Shown: positions 9,967 to 19,311 of the stretch, in pieces
Numbering within the stretch: the stretch's first letter is position 1
How the letters are laid out: every line of letters begins with the position of its first letter
Source: Candidatus Bathyarchaeota archaeon
Lineage (GTDB): Archaea > Thermoproteota > Bathyarchaeia > 40CM-2-53-6
Assembly: GCA_963833125.1 (NCBI GenBank)
Contig: CAWHWX010000016.1
Span: 1-64,000, forward strand
DNA length: 64,000 nucleotides
Reading direction: 5' to 3'
Made by a program: the position numbers and the translations under genes
The notes under the pieces: model-generated
What the model saw: only the letters and a program-made list of their open reading frames with translations
Told to the model about the DNA's origin: nothing
Database searches by the model: none

Positions 9967-11580
9967 TTGGCGGGTGAGGCGACGCTTCGGAGACACAATC
10001 TTGCCGAGTTGCGAGTCGAAAGTGCACCTCTGGTGCAGACCTTCGAGCCGCCGGGCAGGCGACCCTTCTCCGTGAATCTGACGTTTTTGTCTTCTCGTCC
10101 CGCTCTTGCCCATGTGTTGGCCAATAGCTTCTGGATGATCGGCCAACCTGGACTGCGTTGGGCGACCGCACGCCGAACAACGGGCACTCTGAGACTGTTC
10201 CACCGGTTTCTCAATTATCGCTCCCAAAGCCAGCCGGACGTGCAAGCTGCCAAAGATCTCACCACCGACTTGTTAAAGGAGTTTGCGGTCTGGCTGATCG
10301 CCGAACCCGGTCTGAAACGGAAGTCGGCCGCCGGCCTTTTTGCGGCGTGCTGCCGTTTCTTGCGCAGGTCGCGCCGGCTGTACCCCGAGGAGTTCAATGC
10401 CCTCCTCTCTACGCCGAGAAACCTCTTCGCGGGAGCAGATCATGATCGCACGGAATCGAGGGCCCTCTCACGGTCTGACTTCCAAAAACTCCTGGCTGCA
10501 GCGGGGGCCGACATCCGGCGAATCCAAGAGAACTACAAACAGGGAGAGGTCCCCACCAGCGCGCAACACCTGATCCCGTTCATGGTCATCATTGGGGCGC
10601 GCACGGGCATCAATGCGGAAGCGTTGTGTGGCCTCGACAGAGATTGTCTAAGGCCGCATGAGTTCGACGAAACCCTCTTCTACTGCGTGTGGGACAAAGC
10701 GCGAGCCGGTAAACAGCAAAAGCAGCTGCATCGTGCCGATCGTCGGAATCAGATGGGGGTGGTGGAACTGATTCAGTTCTTACGTCAGTTTACGGAGCCG
10801 CTGAGATCGGAGGCGGGTCCACTGGGATCGAAGAAACTCTTTCTCTACTTCAGCCGAGGCTCCAACCATATTCAATACAGGCTTGTCTCGCTGGGGATGC
10901 AAGCCCACACGGTCTCGAGGTACTTCCGCGAGTTTAGAAAGCGTCATAGGTTGCCCCGATGCACCCTGGCGAGCATCCGGCCAACGGCGGCGACGCAGCT
11001 TTATCTGGAAACCGGCGGAAATTTACGCAAAGTTCAGCAGTTTCTTCAACACATGGAGCTTCGCACGACGGTGAAGTATCTGCTCAACAGCATTACTGCG
11101 CCCTTCAACGCCCGCGTGATCCAGAGAGCGCAAGAACGCATGATTGAGCGGATCACCGTCATCCCCGAGAAGCGCGCTCAGGGCGTGGAACGACTGGACC
11201 TGCCGAAGGCGCAGGTGCTGAAGATTGTGACCGGACAATTCGACACCGGCTGTGGCACATGCCGCGATCCGTATGATTCGCCGCAGCCGGGCGAAGAGAA
11301 AGGATGCGCATGCACATCCTTCCATGCCTGCTTCAGTTGCCCGAATGGTCTTTGGTTCCTGGAGGACTTACCCCAAGTCATCGCCACACGCGATCGGCTT
11401 GTGTCATTGAAAAAAGAGATGAGGTCGGAGGAATGGGAGACGGTTTATGGAGCCAGTGTGCGGATCATCGAGGAGCAGATCATCGGCGCGTTTCGACCCG
11501 AACAGATCAAGGGCGCCGAAGTGAAAGCAAGGGTCCAGCAACGCCAACCGCTCTTGGTGGCCAAGGGGGTGCTGGCATGA
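9967..11580 (+). CDS. Tyrosine-recombinase-fold protein with degenerate HxxR and Cys-rich C-terminus (~537 aa)
   Basis: RTGIN, ASIR in place of HxxR, LQH...TTVKY; C-terminal CRDP..CTSFHACFSCPN. Start codon uncertain. Confidence 0.8.
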   Translation: MAGEATLRRHNLAELRVESAPLVQTFEPPGRRPFSVNLTFLSSRPALAHVLANSFWMIGQPGLRWATARRTTGTLRLFHRFLNYRSQSQPDVQAAKDLTTDLLKEFAVWLIAEPGLKRKSAAGLFAACCRFLRRSRRLYPEEFNALLSTPRNLFAGADHDRTESRALSRSDFQKLLAAAGADIRRIQENYKQGEVPTSAQHLIPFMVIIGARTGINAEALCGLDRDCLRPHEFDETLFYCVWDKARAGKQQKQLHRADRRNQMGVVELIQFLRQFTEPLRSEAGPLGSKKLFLYFSRGSNHIQYRLVSLGMQAHTVSRYFREFRKRHRLPRCTLASIRPTAATQLYLETGGNLRKVQQFLQHMELRTTVKYLLNSITAPFNARVIQRAQERMIERITVIPEKRAQGVERLDLPKAQVLKIVTGQFDTGCGTCRDPYDSPQPGEEKGCACTSFHACFSCPNGLWFLEDLPQVIATRDRLVSLKKEMRSEEWETVYGASVRIIEEQIIGAFRPEQIKGAEVKARVQQRQPLLVAKGVLA

Positions 11581-13451
11581 ACCAGCAACTGGCGCTCGCT
11601 TTGAGACGCGGTGCAGTCGAAACGCAGCTCACCGGTTCCCATGGCGACAACCCGCAGCTTTCCGCAGTCTCGCGATTCCATGACGACGTATGGGATTTCT
11701 CGCACGAAAATCAGAACCCAGCCAACGACAGGTCAATGAAGCGGATACGTTGGGCATTTAGGACACCGGACGGCGGCCTCTTCACCGACCCGCGATTCCG
11801 GAGTCTATTTACCGCGTTGAAACAGTTCATCTACGCCCTGCACTGGCATCCTCTCGACTCGGTGCCGTTTGCCGCAGGCACGTTGCCGGGCGCGTTCGGG
11901 CACGCGAAGCGATTCGTCGTCCATCTCTTGGGATATCCGTCTCCAATCCTTCGTTTTAAGGATGTGCTGCCCCACCACTGTGAGGATTACGTCGCGGAGT
12001 TGTTGGGTTCCCGTCTCAGTGTGGGCTACCAATACCACTGCGTGAGTATCCTTGAGAAGTTGGCGTTATACAGTCCCGCGATGCAGGAAGGGTTGGTGAT
12101 CGACCCGTTGAAAGGCGAGGCGGCCGGTGAGGTGGTTGGCTGGAGTAAGGCTTCGTTGCTCGAAGGCCAGACGGCAATTATTCCTGACGAAATCCTCGGG
12201 CCGCTTGTGCAGGGGGCGCTCGAATACGTGGATCGGTTTGCCGGTTACCTATTGGAAGCCAGCGACGCGGTCGAGGACATTCGTAAACAATGGCCTGACA
12301 GACGCGCCAGGATTGAGTACCGTTCGAGACGCTGGTTGCACGAACATCTTCCATCGGCCTACGGCCTCTCCGGAAGCAAGTTCGAGAATGGCTTGTCAGG
12401 CGTGTGCGAATTGAACAGGGAGCTGTGTTATCTCCAGAATGCCTGCTTTGTGCTGATCGCGTTCGCGACCGGCATGCGACTCAGTGAAATCCTGTCGCTC
12501 CAAGTAGGCTGTTGCGAAATTGAAAAGGAATCTGGTCAAGTGGACTTGGTTTGGCTGCGCAGCCGAGTGTTCAAAATGCAAGGAGTGCCCGAGGGTCGCA
12601 AAGCGAGGTGGTTGGGCGGACCCCTCTGCGCCCGTGCCGTGCGAGTCATGGAGCGGTTGACTCGACGGACGCGGCGGGAGACCAAAGTCCGATCTCTGTG
12701 GGTACCTATACCGTCTTTCGTTCGCAGGCCTCGCCCGGCTGGACCTCTCATCGGCGACACTATCAGGCGCCGGCTGGAAGCGTTCGCGACCATGCTCGTA
12801 GTCAAAGATGCTCAGGGCCGCCCCTTCCACCTCCACCCGCACATGTTTCGTCGGACCTTTGCCCGGCATGTCGTGAGGCACGATACCACGAACCTTCTGG
12901 CCTTAAAGGAGCACTTCAAGCACGTCTCCATTTCGATGACAGATTATTACGTCGGGAGCGACTTGGAACTGTGGGCGCTGATGGTGGAGGAGGAAGAGAA
13001 GTTGCTCTTTGAGAGTTTCGACAAAGCCCTGCGGGCCGAGCGCATGGCGGGCCCCGGCGGCGCCCGGCTAAAGAGAAAGATTGATGAGGCGATTGCCGAC
13101 GGCCGCCTGCCTGGGGAATTTCGAGGAGAGGCAGGTGCCCATCTGCGCAAGGACATGATCCGCGATCTGGTGGAGTCGGGGCAGCGCGTCTATCCTTGTG
13201 CGGCGTCGAATTACTGCTGGTTCCGCCCGGAATCGGCGCTCTGCACCCAGGGGAATCAGCCGCTGCTCAAACGCTGCAACCCCGGGGCCTGCACGAACTC
13301 GGTCATCACGCCGGAGCACAAGCCCCATTGGGAAAAGGTGCAACGCGACTGCGTGGAGCTGATGGAGTTGAAGCCACAGGCGGAGCCTTACCAGAAGGCG
13401 CTCCGGGATATCCACGCGGTCAGCAGCAAAATCCTGCGGGATCTGACATGA
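11577..13451 (+). CDS. Large tyrosine recombinase, TnpB/IntB-like (624 aa)
   Basis: TGMRLSE, HMFRRTFA, FKHVSISMTDYY; Cys-rich C-terminus. Start set at ATG 11577 (ATGA overlap). Confidence 0.9.
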   Translation: MNQQLALALRRGAVETQLTGSHGDNPQLSAVSRFHDDVWDFSHENQNPANDRSMKRIRWAFRTPDGGLFTDPRFRSLFTALKQFIYALHWHPLDSVPFAAGTLPGAFGHAKRFVVHLLGYPSPILRFKDVLPHHCEDYVAELLGSRLSVGYQYHCVSILEKLALYSPAMQEGLVIDPLKGEAAGEVVGWSKASLLEGQTAIIPDEILGPLVQGALEYVDRFAGYLLEASDAVEDIRKQWPDRRARIEYRSRRWLHEHLPSAYGLSGSKFENGLSGVCELNRELCYLQNACFVLIAFATGMRLSEILSLQVGCCEIEKESGQVDLVWLRSRVFKMQGVPEGRKARWLGGPLCARAVRVMERLTRRTRRETKVRSLWVPIPSFVRRPRPAGPLIGDTIRRRLEAFATMLVVKDAQGRPFHLHPHMFRRTFARHVVRHDTTNLLALKEHFKHVSISMTDYYVGSDLELWALMVEEEEKLLFESFDKALRAERMAGPGGARLKRKIDEAIADGRLPGEFRGEAGAHLRKDMIRDLVESGQRVYPCAASNYCWFRPESALCTQGNQPLLKRCNPGACTNSVITPEHKPHWEKVQRDCVELMELKPQAEPYQKALRDIHAVSSKILRDLT

Positions 13452-13969
13452 AGGCCTCGGCAAAGAAATTGGCCGGCCTGCGTCGTTACCATGCGGACCG
13501 TCCGGTCAAAACCCGTTTGAAACTGCTCGAAGCGCTCGATCGGATGGAGAGTGGTCACACGGTCGTGGTTGCGCCGGAATTTAAGTGGAGTAAGACGACG
13601 CTGGCACGAGAGGCAGGGATCAACATCAATACCCTCGTCCGGAAGCTTCCGAGCGGTGAATGGGCGTTCCCGGAGATCAACGACCGTTTCGAGGAGCTGA
13701 GAAACAAACGCCGACCGGTGGTGATTGGTTCCGATGCAAGAGAAGAGAAGAACGCCGAGCTGCGAATTGAAGTCGAAAGGTTGCGAGAGCAAAACCGGCT
13801 GCTGGCCCTGGAAATCAATCGCATCGGCCAGCAGATACTGGAGGAGAGGGAAAGAGCCGACCGGATGGCGGTTTATGAGCGGCAGAATGTCTCACTCCGT
13901 GAGGAGATCAGCCGGATACACGGCGGCGGACGCACTCCGTTGAAGGTGGTGGCCAGGCATGAAGGTTAG
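13448..13969 (+). CDS. TnpC-like HTH + coiled-coil accessory protein (173 aa)
   Basis: SKTTLAREAGININTL HTH-like segment, long coiled coil; ATGA overlap. Confidence 0.7.
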   Translation: MKASAKKLAGLRRYHADRPVKTRLKLLEALDRMESGHTVVVAPEFKWSKTTLAREAGININTLVRKLPSGEWAFPEINDRFEELRNKRRPVVIGSDAREEKNAELRIEVERLREQNRLLALEINRIGQQILEERERADRMAVYERQNVSLREEISRIHGGGRTPLKVVARHEG

Positions 13970-14393
13970 CCGATTATCCGGTCGCGAGCGGGGCGAAGAA
14001 AATCTGGCGCAGGTTCGCCGCTATCTTTCCGACCTGAAGACGACCGGCCAATCGCTGCCGTTCGAAGATGGCCGCCCGAACATCACCGCCATTGCCGAAG
14101 CTTCCGGCGTGCTCCGGAATGTCTTTTACACCAATGCCGGTGTGAAGCGCCTACTGGCTGAGTTTATCGGTGACTTTGGCGAATGCAACCAGGAGCCGAC
14201 CGGCACGGCCCGCGCCCAGCGACAACTCGACATCAAGGAACGCCGCATTCTCCAGCTTGAGCAGCAACTGGCGAGCATGAAGGCGGAGACCGAGGAACTG
14301 CGCCAGCGGCTGGCGGCAGCCGAGCAAAAGCTGACTCGTTACCGAGTGATTGAGGAGGAAGTTCTCCAAACGGGCCGGCGGGTGATCCCGTGA
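13959..14393 (+). CDS. Second TnpC-like HTH + coiled-coil protein (144 aa)
   Basis: NITAIAEASGVLRNVFY HTH-like segment followed by coiled coil. Confidence 0.7.
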   Translation: MKVSRLSGRERGEENLAQVRRYLSDLKTTGQSLPFEDGRPNITAIAEASGVLRNVFYTNAGVKRLLAEFIGDFGECNQEPTGTARAQRQLDIKERRILQLEQQLASMKAETEELRQRLAAAEQKLTRYRVIEEEVLQTGRRVIP

Positions 14394-16498
14394 GAATCTC
14401 GGCGGTGGCGACTATCACGACCGTCTATCCTGGCCCTCGCGGCGGCGCAATCTTTTCGGGGCGCGATACTGCGGGCAAGCATCTGCGCTTCGTTGCCGGC
14501 TACCATCATATCTTTCGGACTCCCGTGGTGGGAGAGACTTGGTCACTGACAGGTGAAGTCCGGCGGCACCCGCGATACGGAGACCAGGTCCATGTCGAAC
14601 AGGCTTCCCTGATCCAACCCCGCGGCCAGCTCATCATCGACTTCCTTTCCAAGCATCCGGCCTTTGCCGGTTTGGGCATTGGAAAAGCGAAGGCGACGCG
14701 ATTGTGGAAGAACTTTGGATCAGATCTGTATGAAGTGCTCAGCCAAGGGGATCTCGAAAAACTCACCTACGTGCTTTCGGAGGGCAGCGCACAGAGGCTC
14801 GTGGAGGCCTGGCAGACGGTCTCCGCCGAGGCTGACATCATCTCGTTTCTCGATACGCACGGCTTCGAGGCTCGCCTGGCTGGCAAGGTTCGTAAGATTT
14901 GGCGTGGGGATGCGCTGACCAAATTGAAGGAGAATCCATACCGGATGCTGGCCTTCGCAGGTTGGGAGAAAGTGGACCGAATGGCGCACTCTCTGGGTGT
15001 GACTCACGACGATCCGCGTCGGCAGGTCGCTGCCGTGGAAGCCTGCCTGTATAAACGGCTGGATGCCAAGCACACGCAAACGCCCCCGGCGATGCTCTTG
15101 GACGGCGTGTGCGCCGCGATGGGAATGTGCAGCACCGGCGTGGCGCGCGCGGCCCTGGACCGAGCGCTCGGCGAGCACGCGATCGTCGCCACTGGGAATG
15201 GTTACCAGCCTCTGGGCGCCGCCGTGATGGAAAAGACGATCACGAGCTATCTTCACGAGCTGCTGGCTGGCGCTCCCGGACCGGAACGGAACCTGTTCTC
15301 GCGCAAGCTCTCCGAGATCGTTGTCGAAGCGATAGCCAGCTTTGAGAAAGATGCGGGACTGCGCCTGAACATCGAGCAGCGACGGGGCGTGGAGATGGCA
15401 CTCCATCACCCGCTCAGTGTTCTTACGGGCGGAGCTGGAACTGGCAAGACGACCGTGCTTCAGGTCATCCACCGGGTCGCGGAGCAAGTCACTGTGCCGG
15501 TTTTGCAGATGGCTCTCAGCGGGCGCGCGGCCCAACGCCTCCGTGAGGCGACCGGGCGCCCGGCATCAACCATCGCCGCCTTTCTGCTTGCGGCCGAGCA
15601 AGGGAGCGTCAATCCGGAAAGCGAGCCGCTGGTCATCATCGATGAGTCCTCAATGCTCGACGTGCCTCTGATGTACAGCATTGTCCGGGCTCTGCCGACC
15701 CACGCTCGTCTACTCCTGGTTGGCGATCCGTACCAACTGCCGCCGATCGGCTTCGGTCTCGTCTTTCAGGTACTCGTCGCCAGCCCGAACATCCCGAAGA
15801 TCGAGCTTGTTGAGGTGCATCGGCAGACGCAATCGACCGGCATCCCCCAGATCGCACGCGACATCCGGCACGGCATTGTGCCGTCCCTGCTGCCATTCGC
15901 CGGTCTCTCCGCCGGCGTGAGCTTTATCAAGGCCAACGACGATGATGTTATGGATTACATCCTCGCTGTCCTCACCGACTGGCGTGGCTGTGAAGATACA
16001 CAAGCCCTCGGAGTGACCAAGCGAGGGACCAGCGGGACAAGGAGCATCAATGCCAGGCTGCACGCGACAACTTCTGCCACGAAGCCAAAGGTGGAAGGGT
16101 GGGGTTTCGCCGAGGGCGATCCCATCATTTATCTTGTGAACGATTACCAGAAAGAGTTGTGGAACGGCTCGCTGGGCAGGATCGAGAGCATCCTGAACTC
16201 GAACGGAAGACGCGCTCTGCTGTGCTCTCTCGATGGCACGCGGCACGAAATCCCGGAGGAAGACTTTCAGCGTATCGATCTGGCTTACGCGATCACCGTT
16301 CACAAAGCGCAGGGCAGCCAGTTCAAGCGAGTGCTCGTCCCCATCACCAGGAATCGGCTCTTGGACCGCACTCTCATCTACACGGCGTTGACCCGCGGGA
16401 TGGAACAGGTCGTCTTCATTGGAGACTGGGACGGGTTCGACGCTGCCGTCACTGCGCCGCCGCGTTCCCACGAGCGGCAGGTCGGCTTCTCCATCTGA
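14390..16498 (+). CDS. RecD2-like SF1B helicase (702 aa)
   Basis: GIGKAKA HhH, ENPY, GGAGTGKT, IIDESSM, GDPYQLPPIG, VHRQ, ITVHKAQGSQ, YTALTR. Confidence 0.92.
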   Translation: MRISAVATITTVYPGPRGGAIFSGRDTAGKHLRFVAGYHHIFRTPVVGETWSLTGEVRRHPRYGDQVHVEQASLIQPRGQLIIDFLSKHPAFAGLGIGKAKATRLWKNFGSDLYEVLSQGDLEKLTYVLSEGSAQRLVEAWQTVSAEADIISFLDTHGFEARLAGKVRKIWRGDALTKLKENPYRMLAFAGWEKVDRMAHSLGVTHDDPRRQVAAVEACLYKRLDAKHTQTPPAMLLDGVCAAMGMCSTGVARAALDRALGEHAIVATGNGYQPLGAAVMEKTITSYLHELLAGAPGPERNLFSRKLSEIVVEAIASFEKDAGLRLNIEQRRGVEMALHHPLSVLTGGAGTGKTTVLQVIHRVAEQVTVPVLQMALSGRAAQRLREATGRPASTIAAFLLAAEQGSVNPESEPLVIIDESSMLDVPLMYSIVRALPTHARLLLVGDPYQLPPIGFGLVFQVLVASPNIPKIELVEVHRQTQSTGIPQIARDIRHGIVPSLLPFAGLSAGVSFIKANDDDVMDYILAVLTDWRGCEDTQALGVTKRGTSGTRSINARLHATTSATKPKVEGWGFAEGDPIIYLVNDYQKELWNGSLGRIESILNSNGRRALLCSLDGTRHEIPEEDFQRIDLAYAITVHKAQGSQFKRVLVPITRNRLLDRTLIYTALTRGMEQVVFIGDWDGFDAAVTAPPRSHERQVGFSI

Positions 16499-16822
16499 AA
16501 GCCGGCTCTCTCTTGTTCTGACTTCCAGAGAGTTTTTTTGAGAGCCATCTTGGCATCAATGCGACAAATCCTGGGGGTCTTGGGGGCAAGCCCCCAAGCA
16601 AGGGAACTTCAGAAGCCCGAGTTGACGCCATCGGCGATCTGGCCTTTCACTCGCGCTTCCCTTAGACTGGAGACGGCCTGGGCGGAGGGTAGGGCAATGC
16701 TGGGAAGCAACCCGAGCGCCGGCCCAGGGGCCGAGATGGGGAGGGGCAGAGTACGGCTCTGCCCCTGCTGTCTGCTCGCCAAGTCGAATCCTCAGTAACC
16801 TAGCCTTGGCTCAGTCCAGTGG

Positions 16823-17608
16823 TTAAGCTGCGTTTCGTTGCCCCCGTTTCCTGACCCGACGCCACAGCAAGGGATCAACCGCAAGCGGTATGGCCCGCGA
16901 AGTCGCGACGTCCACGAAGGCGCCATGATAGGTGATTTCGCCGTATCGGAACAGCCGAGCGAGCAATGCAAGAGCGTGCTGCGCCAGCACGGAGTTGACG
17001 AAACAGTGTTGTCTGTCGAGCGCCTCAATCGCGCTGCAGCTCGGTTGGCCGTCGTTGTCGAGTGCCGCGTCGATAATCTCGGGGAACAGCTCAGCGGCTG
17101 TCCGCAGGCGGGTTCTCGACCTGCGGTTGACATTGTTCAGCGGCTCGCCCAGAACAAACTGGCCGCTCGACTCGCGGTTGCCGATGTCGATTGCATAATG
17201 GATCGCACTGTTGCCTGTGGTCTGACGTTCAATGACGGCCCGTGCGGCGCGCGTATCGACGCAACCAATGACGATGTGCATCGACCGGAGTTGATGATTC
17301 TCCGTCAGGCTCTTCGGCACCGCGTCCCAATCGAGCCCCCAGAAGATATTCAGCCTGTTAACCAGCACGATCGCCTTATTTAATCCCAGCTCTGCCCGAC
17401 TGAAAGGCTGGCGCACGCAATTGACGGGCGAGATCGTGTCCCCGTCCATCACGGTCACACGTAAGCCATAAGGGTGCCCCTGCGCGAGCATCGCCTGGTG
17501 GAGGTAGGGCAATCCCCCGATGATCGAACTCCCCGTCCCGCCGCATCCGACGACCAGCACCCGCACTTCGCGGCGCAACAATTCTCCGTGCAATCTATGT
17601 GTCTCCAT
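16823..17608 (-). CDS. Intact PRTRC ThiF/E1-family protein carried by the element (261 aa)
   Basis: VVGCGGTGS, DGD, NCVRQ, GCVD, GQFVLG, PSCS; collinear with the split resident copy. Confidence 0.92.
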   Translation of the reverse strand: METHRLHGELLRREVRVLVVGCGGTGSSIIGGLPYLHQAMLAQGHPYGLRVTVMDGDTISPVNCVRQPFSRAELGLNKAIVLVNRLNIFWGLDWDAVPKSLTENHQLRSMHIVIGCVDTRAARAVIERQTTGNSAIHYAIDIGNRESSGQFVLGEPLNNVNRRSRTRLRTAAELFPEIIDAALDNDGQPSCSAIEALDRQHCFVNSVLAQHALALLARLFRYGEITYHGAFVDVATSRAIPLAVDPLLWRRVRKRGQRNAA

Positions 17609-17761
17609 TCCATGCTCCACCGTGCTTCGACCAAACCCGCGAAAACGCCACCCGGGATCGATCTGCGTTTAGATCGACTGCCGCCAAAAGCAGTTCGCGA
17701 AGCGGCTGCGTTCTCCTCCGCCAGCGCTCTTCGCACTCTCTTGCGAACGAGACACGCTATT

Positions 17762-17986
17762 ATGGAATATGTGAAGCATCTGTCCCTTGAACTACTGGAG
17801 CGGTATGTCATGGAGGATATCTCCAGTCGTGACCGGCAACGGGTCGAACGGCACGTGATGCGCTGCCCGGAGTGCCTTGACCGGTTACACGCCGACGTCG
17901 GATGGGTGCTTGGAGTGCGCTCAATGGACAGGATCAGGAAAAAGCTTATAAACCCACCTGGAAAATCCCGCGCGAAGAATGAGTGA
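17762..17986 (+). CDS. Small zf-HC2 (anti-sigma-like zinc-binding) protein (74 aa)
   Basis: HLSLELLERYV...VERHVMRCPEC matches H-x3-C-x2-C. Confidence 0.65.
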   Translation: MEYVKHLSLELLERYVMEDISSRDRQRVERHVMRCPECLDRLHADVGWVLGVRSMDRIRKKLINPPGKSRAKNE

Positions 17987-18139
17987 GTGGGTGTGTGTCG
18001 GCCAACCTTGGTTCGCCAAAGTTCTCGTACGCGTGGCCGCGCTCCAACATGGACATATAGATTTTTCTTATGCAGATGAGCCAAAGGCTGCAATCGTGCG
18101 GGTCTGTATCATACACATACCTGCCATCGCCAATATAAC

Positions 18140-18582
18140 AGCCAGTACGAAACTGTGCTCCACTTGCTGACTGCATCGCGAATTGCAGCCCTTGCAGCGC
18201 GCGTGTCGACGCACCCCACAACGATGTGAGCACGGAGGTCGTCACCAGAGTAGCTGCGCGAGATGAAGGCTCCCGACCTCAAGTGAAGCGGGACAGCCTC
18301 CCACTTCATTCCCCAAAAAAGGTTGAGCCGGTTGACCAAAACAATCGCCTTGTTGAGGCCCACTTCCGATCGCGCAAATGGTTGGCGAACGCAGTTGGTG
18401 GGCGTGATCAAATCGCCGTCCAAGATAGTCACGTGCAGTCCGCCGGGGTGACCACGAGCCACGAGGGATTGATGCAGGTACGGCAGCCCCGCGACAAAGG
18501 CGCTACCGGTTCCTCCACAACCCACGACCAGCACACGAACCTGCCGTTCGAGAAGATCCGGATGAATACGATGAGTCTCCAT
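18140..18582 (-). pseudogene. N-terminal half of the resident PRTRC ThiF/E1 gene
   Basis: METHRIH...VVGCGGTGS...GCVD...SYWL, then element sequence; AAGGAG RBS. Confidence 0.92.
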
Positions 18583-18592
18583 GCGCGGCTCC

Positions 18593-19306
18593 TTAGCGGT
18601 CATCTCCGTGCGACACGAACTCCTGCAAGGCCTCCCCAGCATCGGTCAAGTGCCGCACCGGGAACCGCTTCCTGCCGGCAAGACATCTCCAAAGCCCGAT
18701 GAAACCTTCGGCGTGTTTGGTAAGGCGGACCGCGCCAGCGGCGTGGGTGAAGGCGGATTGAAAATATGAGTCTTCCCACTGTGAAATGGACGGAATTTCG
18801 GAACTCTCTGGCGCGCGCATTGTGCCCTGGCAGACCAAGCCTCGACTGTCCGTATTCCAGTAGGGAGCAGTTTTCAGGGGCGTCTCTGGGCTTGGCCGTG
18901 AGTTCGTTGCGAGAGCTCGTACGAAGAGATCTCGGCCCGCAACCTTGAAGACCAAAGGCGGATGAGGGAAGAGAAGGCCGTTGAGCTTCCGCGCTTCGTC
19001 GTCGGTTCCGCCGAAGAACATTACTTGCTGCCGTGGCCGCGTCCACCACACCACCAGCTCCGGGGTGCGCGCGAGGATGTTATCCGGAAAGACCTCCGGG
19101 TCGAGTTGAGTTCCGAGGCCACGAGCGAGCTTCCGCACGAACGCAGTGCTTACCGGTTCGCCCGGAGCGAGATAGGGACATCCATTCTGGTCCTGCTTTA
19201 CTTGGTGCAGGCTGGCGAATGCCCCCTCACCGCCGCCTCGATAAACGAGCACGGCTTCACTCAGCTTGAATTCGCAGTTCGCGCCAATGTTGACGTATGC
19301 TCGCAT
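18593..19306 (-). CDS. PRTRC system protein B (prokaryotic E2-like)
   Basis: VVWWT, PHPPLVF, APYWN...VCQG, WEDSYFQSAFTH; position between F and ThiF. Confidence 0.85.
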   Translation of the reverse strand: MRAYVNIGANCEFKLSEAVLVYRGGGEGAFASLHQVKQDQNGCPYLAPGEPVSTAFVRKLARGLGTQLDPEVFPDNILARTPELVVWWTRPRQQVMFFGGTDDEARKLNGLLFPHPPLVFKVAGRDLFVRALATNSRPSPETPLKTAPYWNTDSRGLVCQGTMRAPESSEIPSISQWEDSYFQSAFTHAAGAVRLTKHAEGFIGLWRCLAGRKRFPVRHLTDAGEALQEFVSHGDDR

Positions 19307-19311
19307 GGCTG

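Larger units (their letters stand above)
8674..18139 (+). mobile_element. 9.5-kb three-tyrosine-recombinase integrative element (Tn554/SE/GMT-like layout) inserted in thiF
   Basis: Bounded by AGCCA (8669-8673 and 18140-18144); removal restores thiF. Imperfect end symmetry TTAT..GCG..GTATGT..GAT. Confidence 0.88.
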
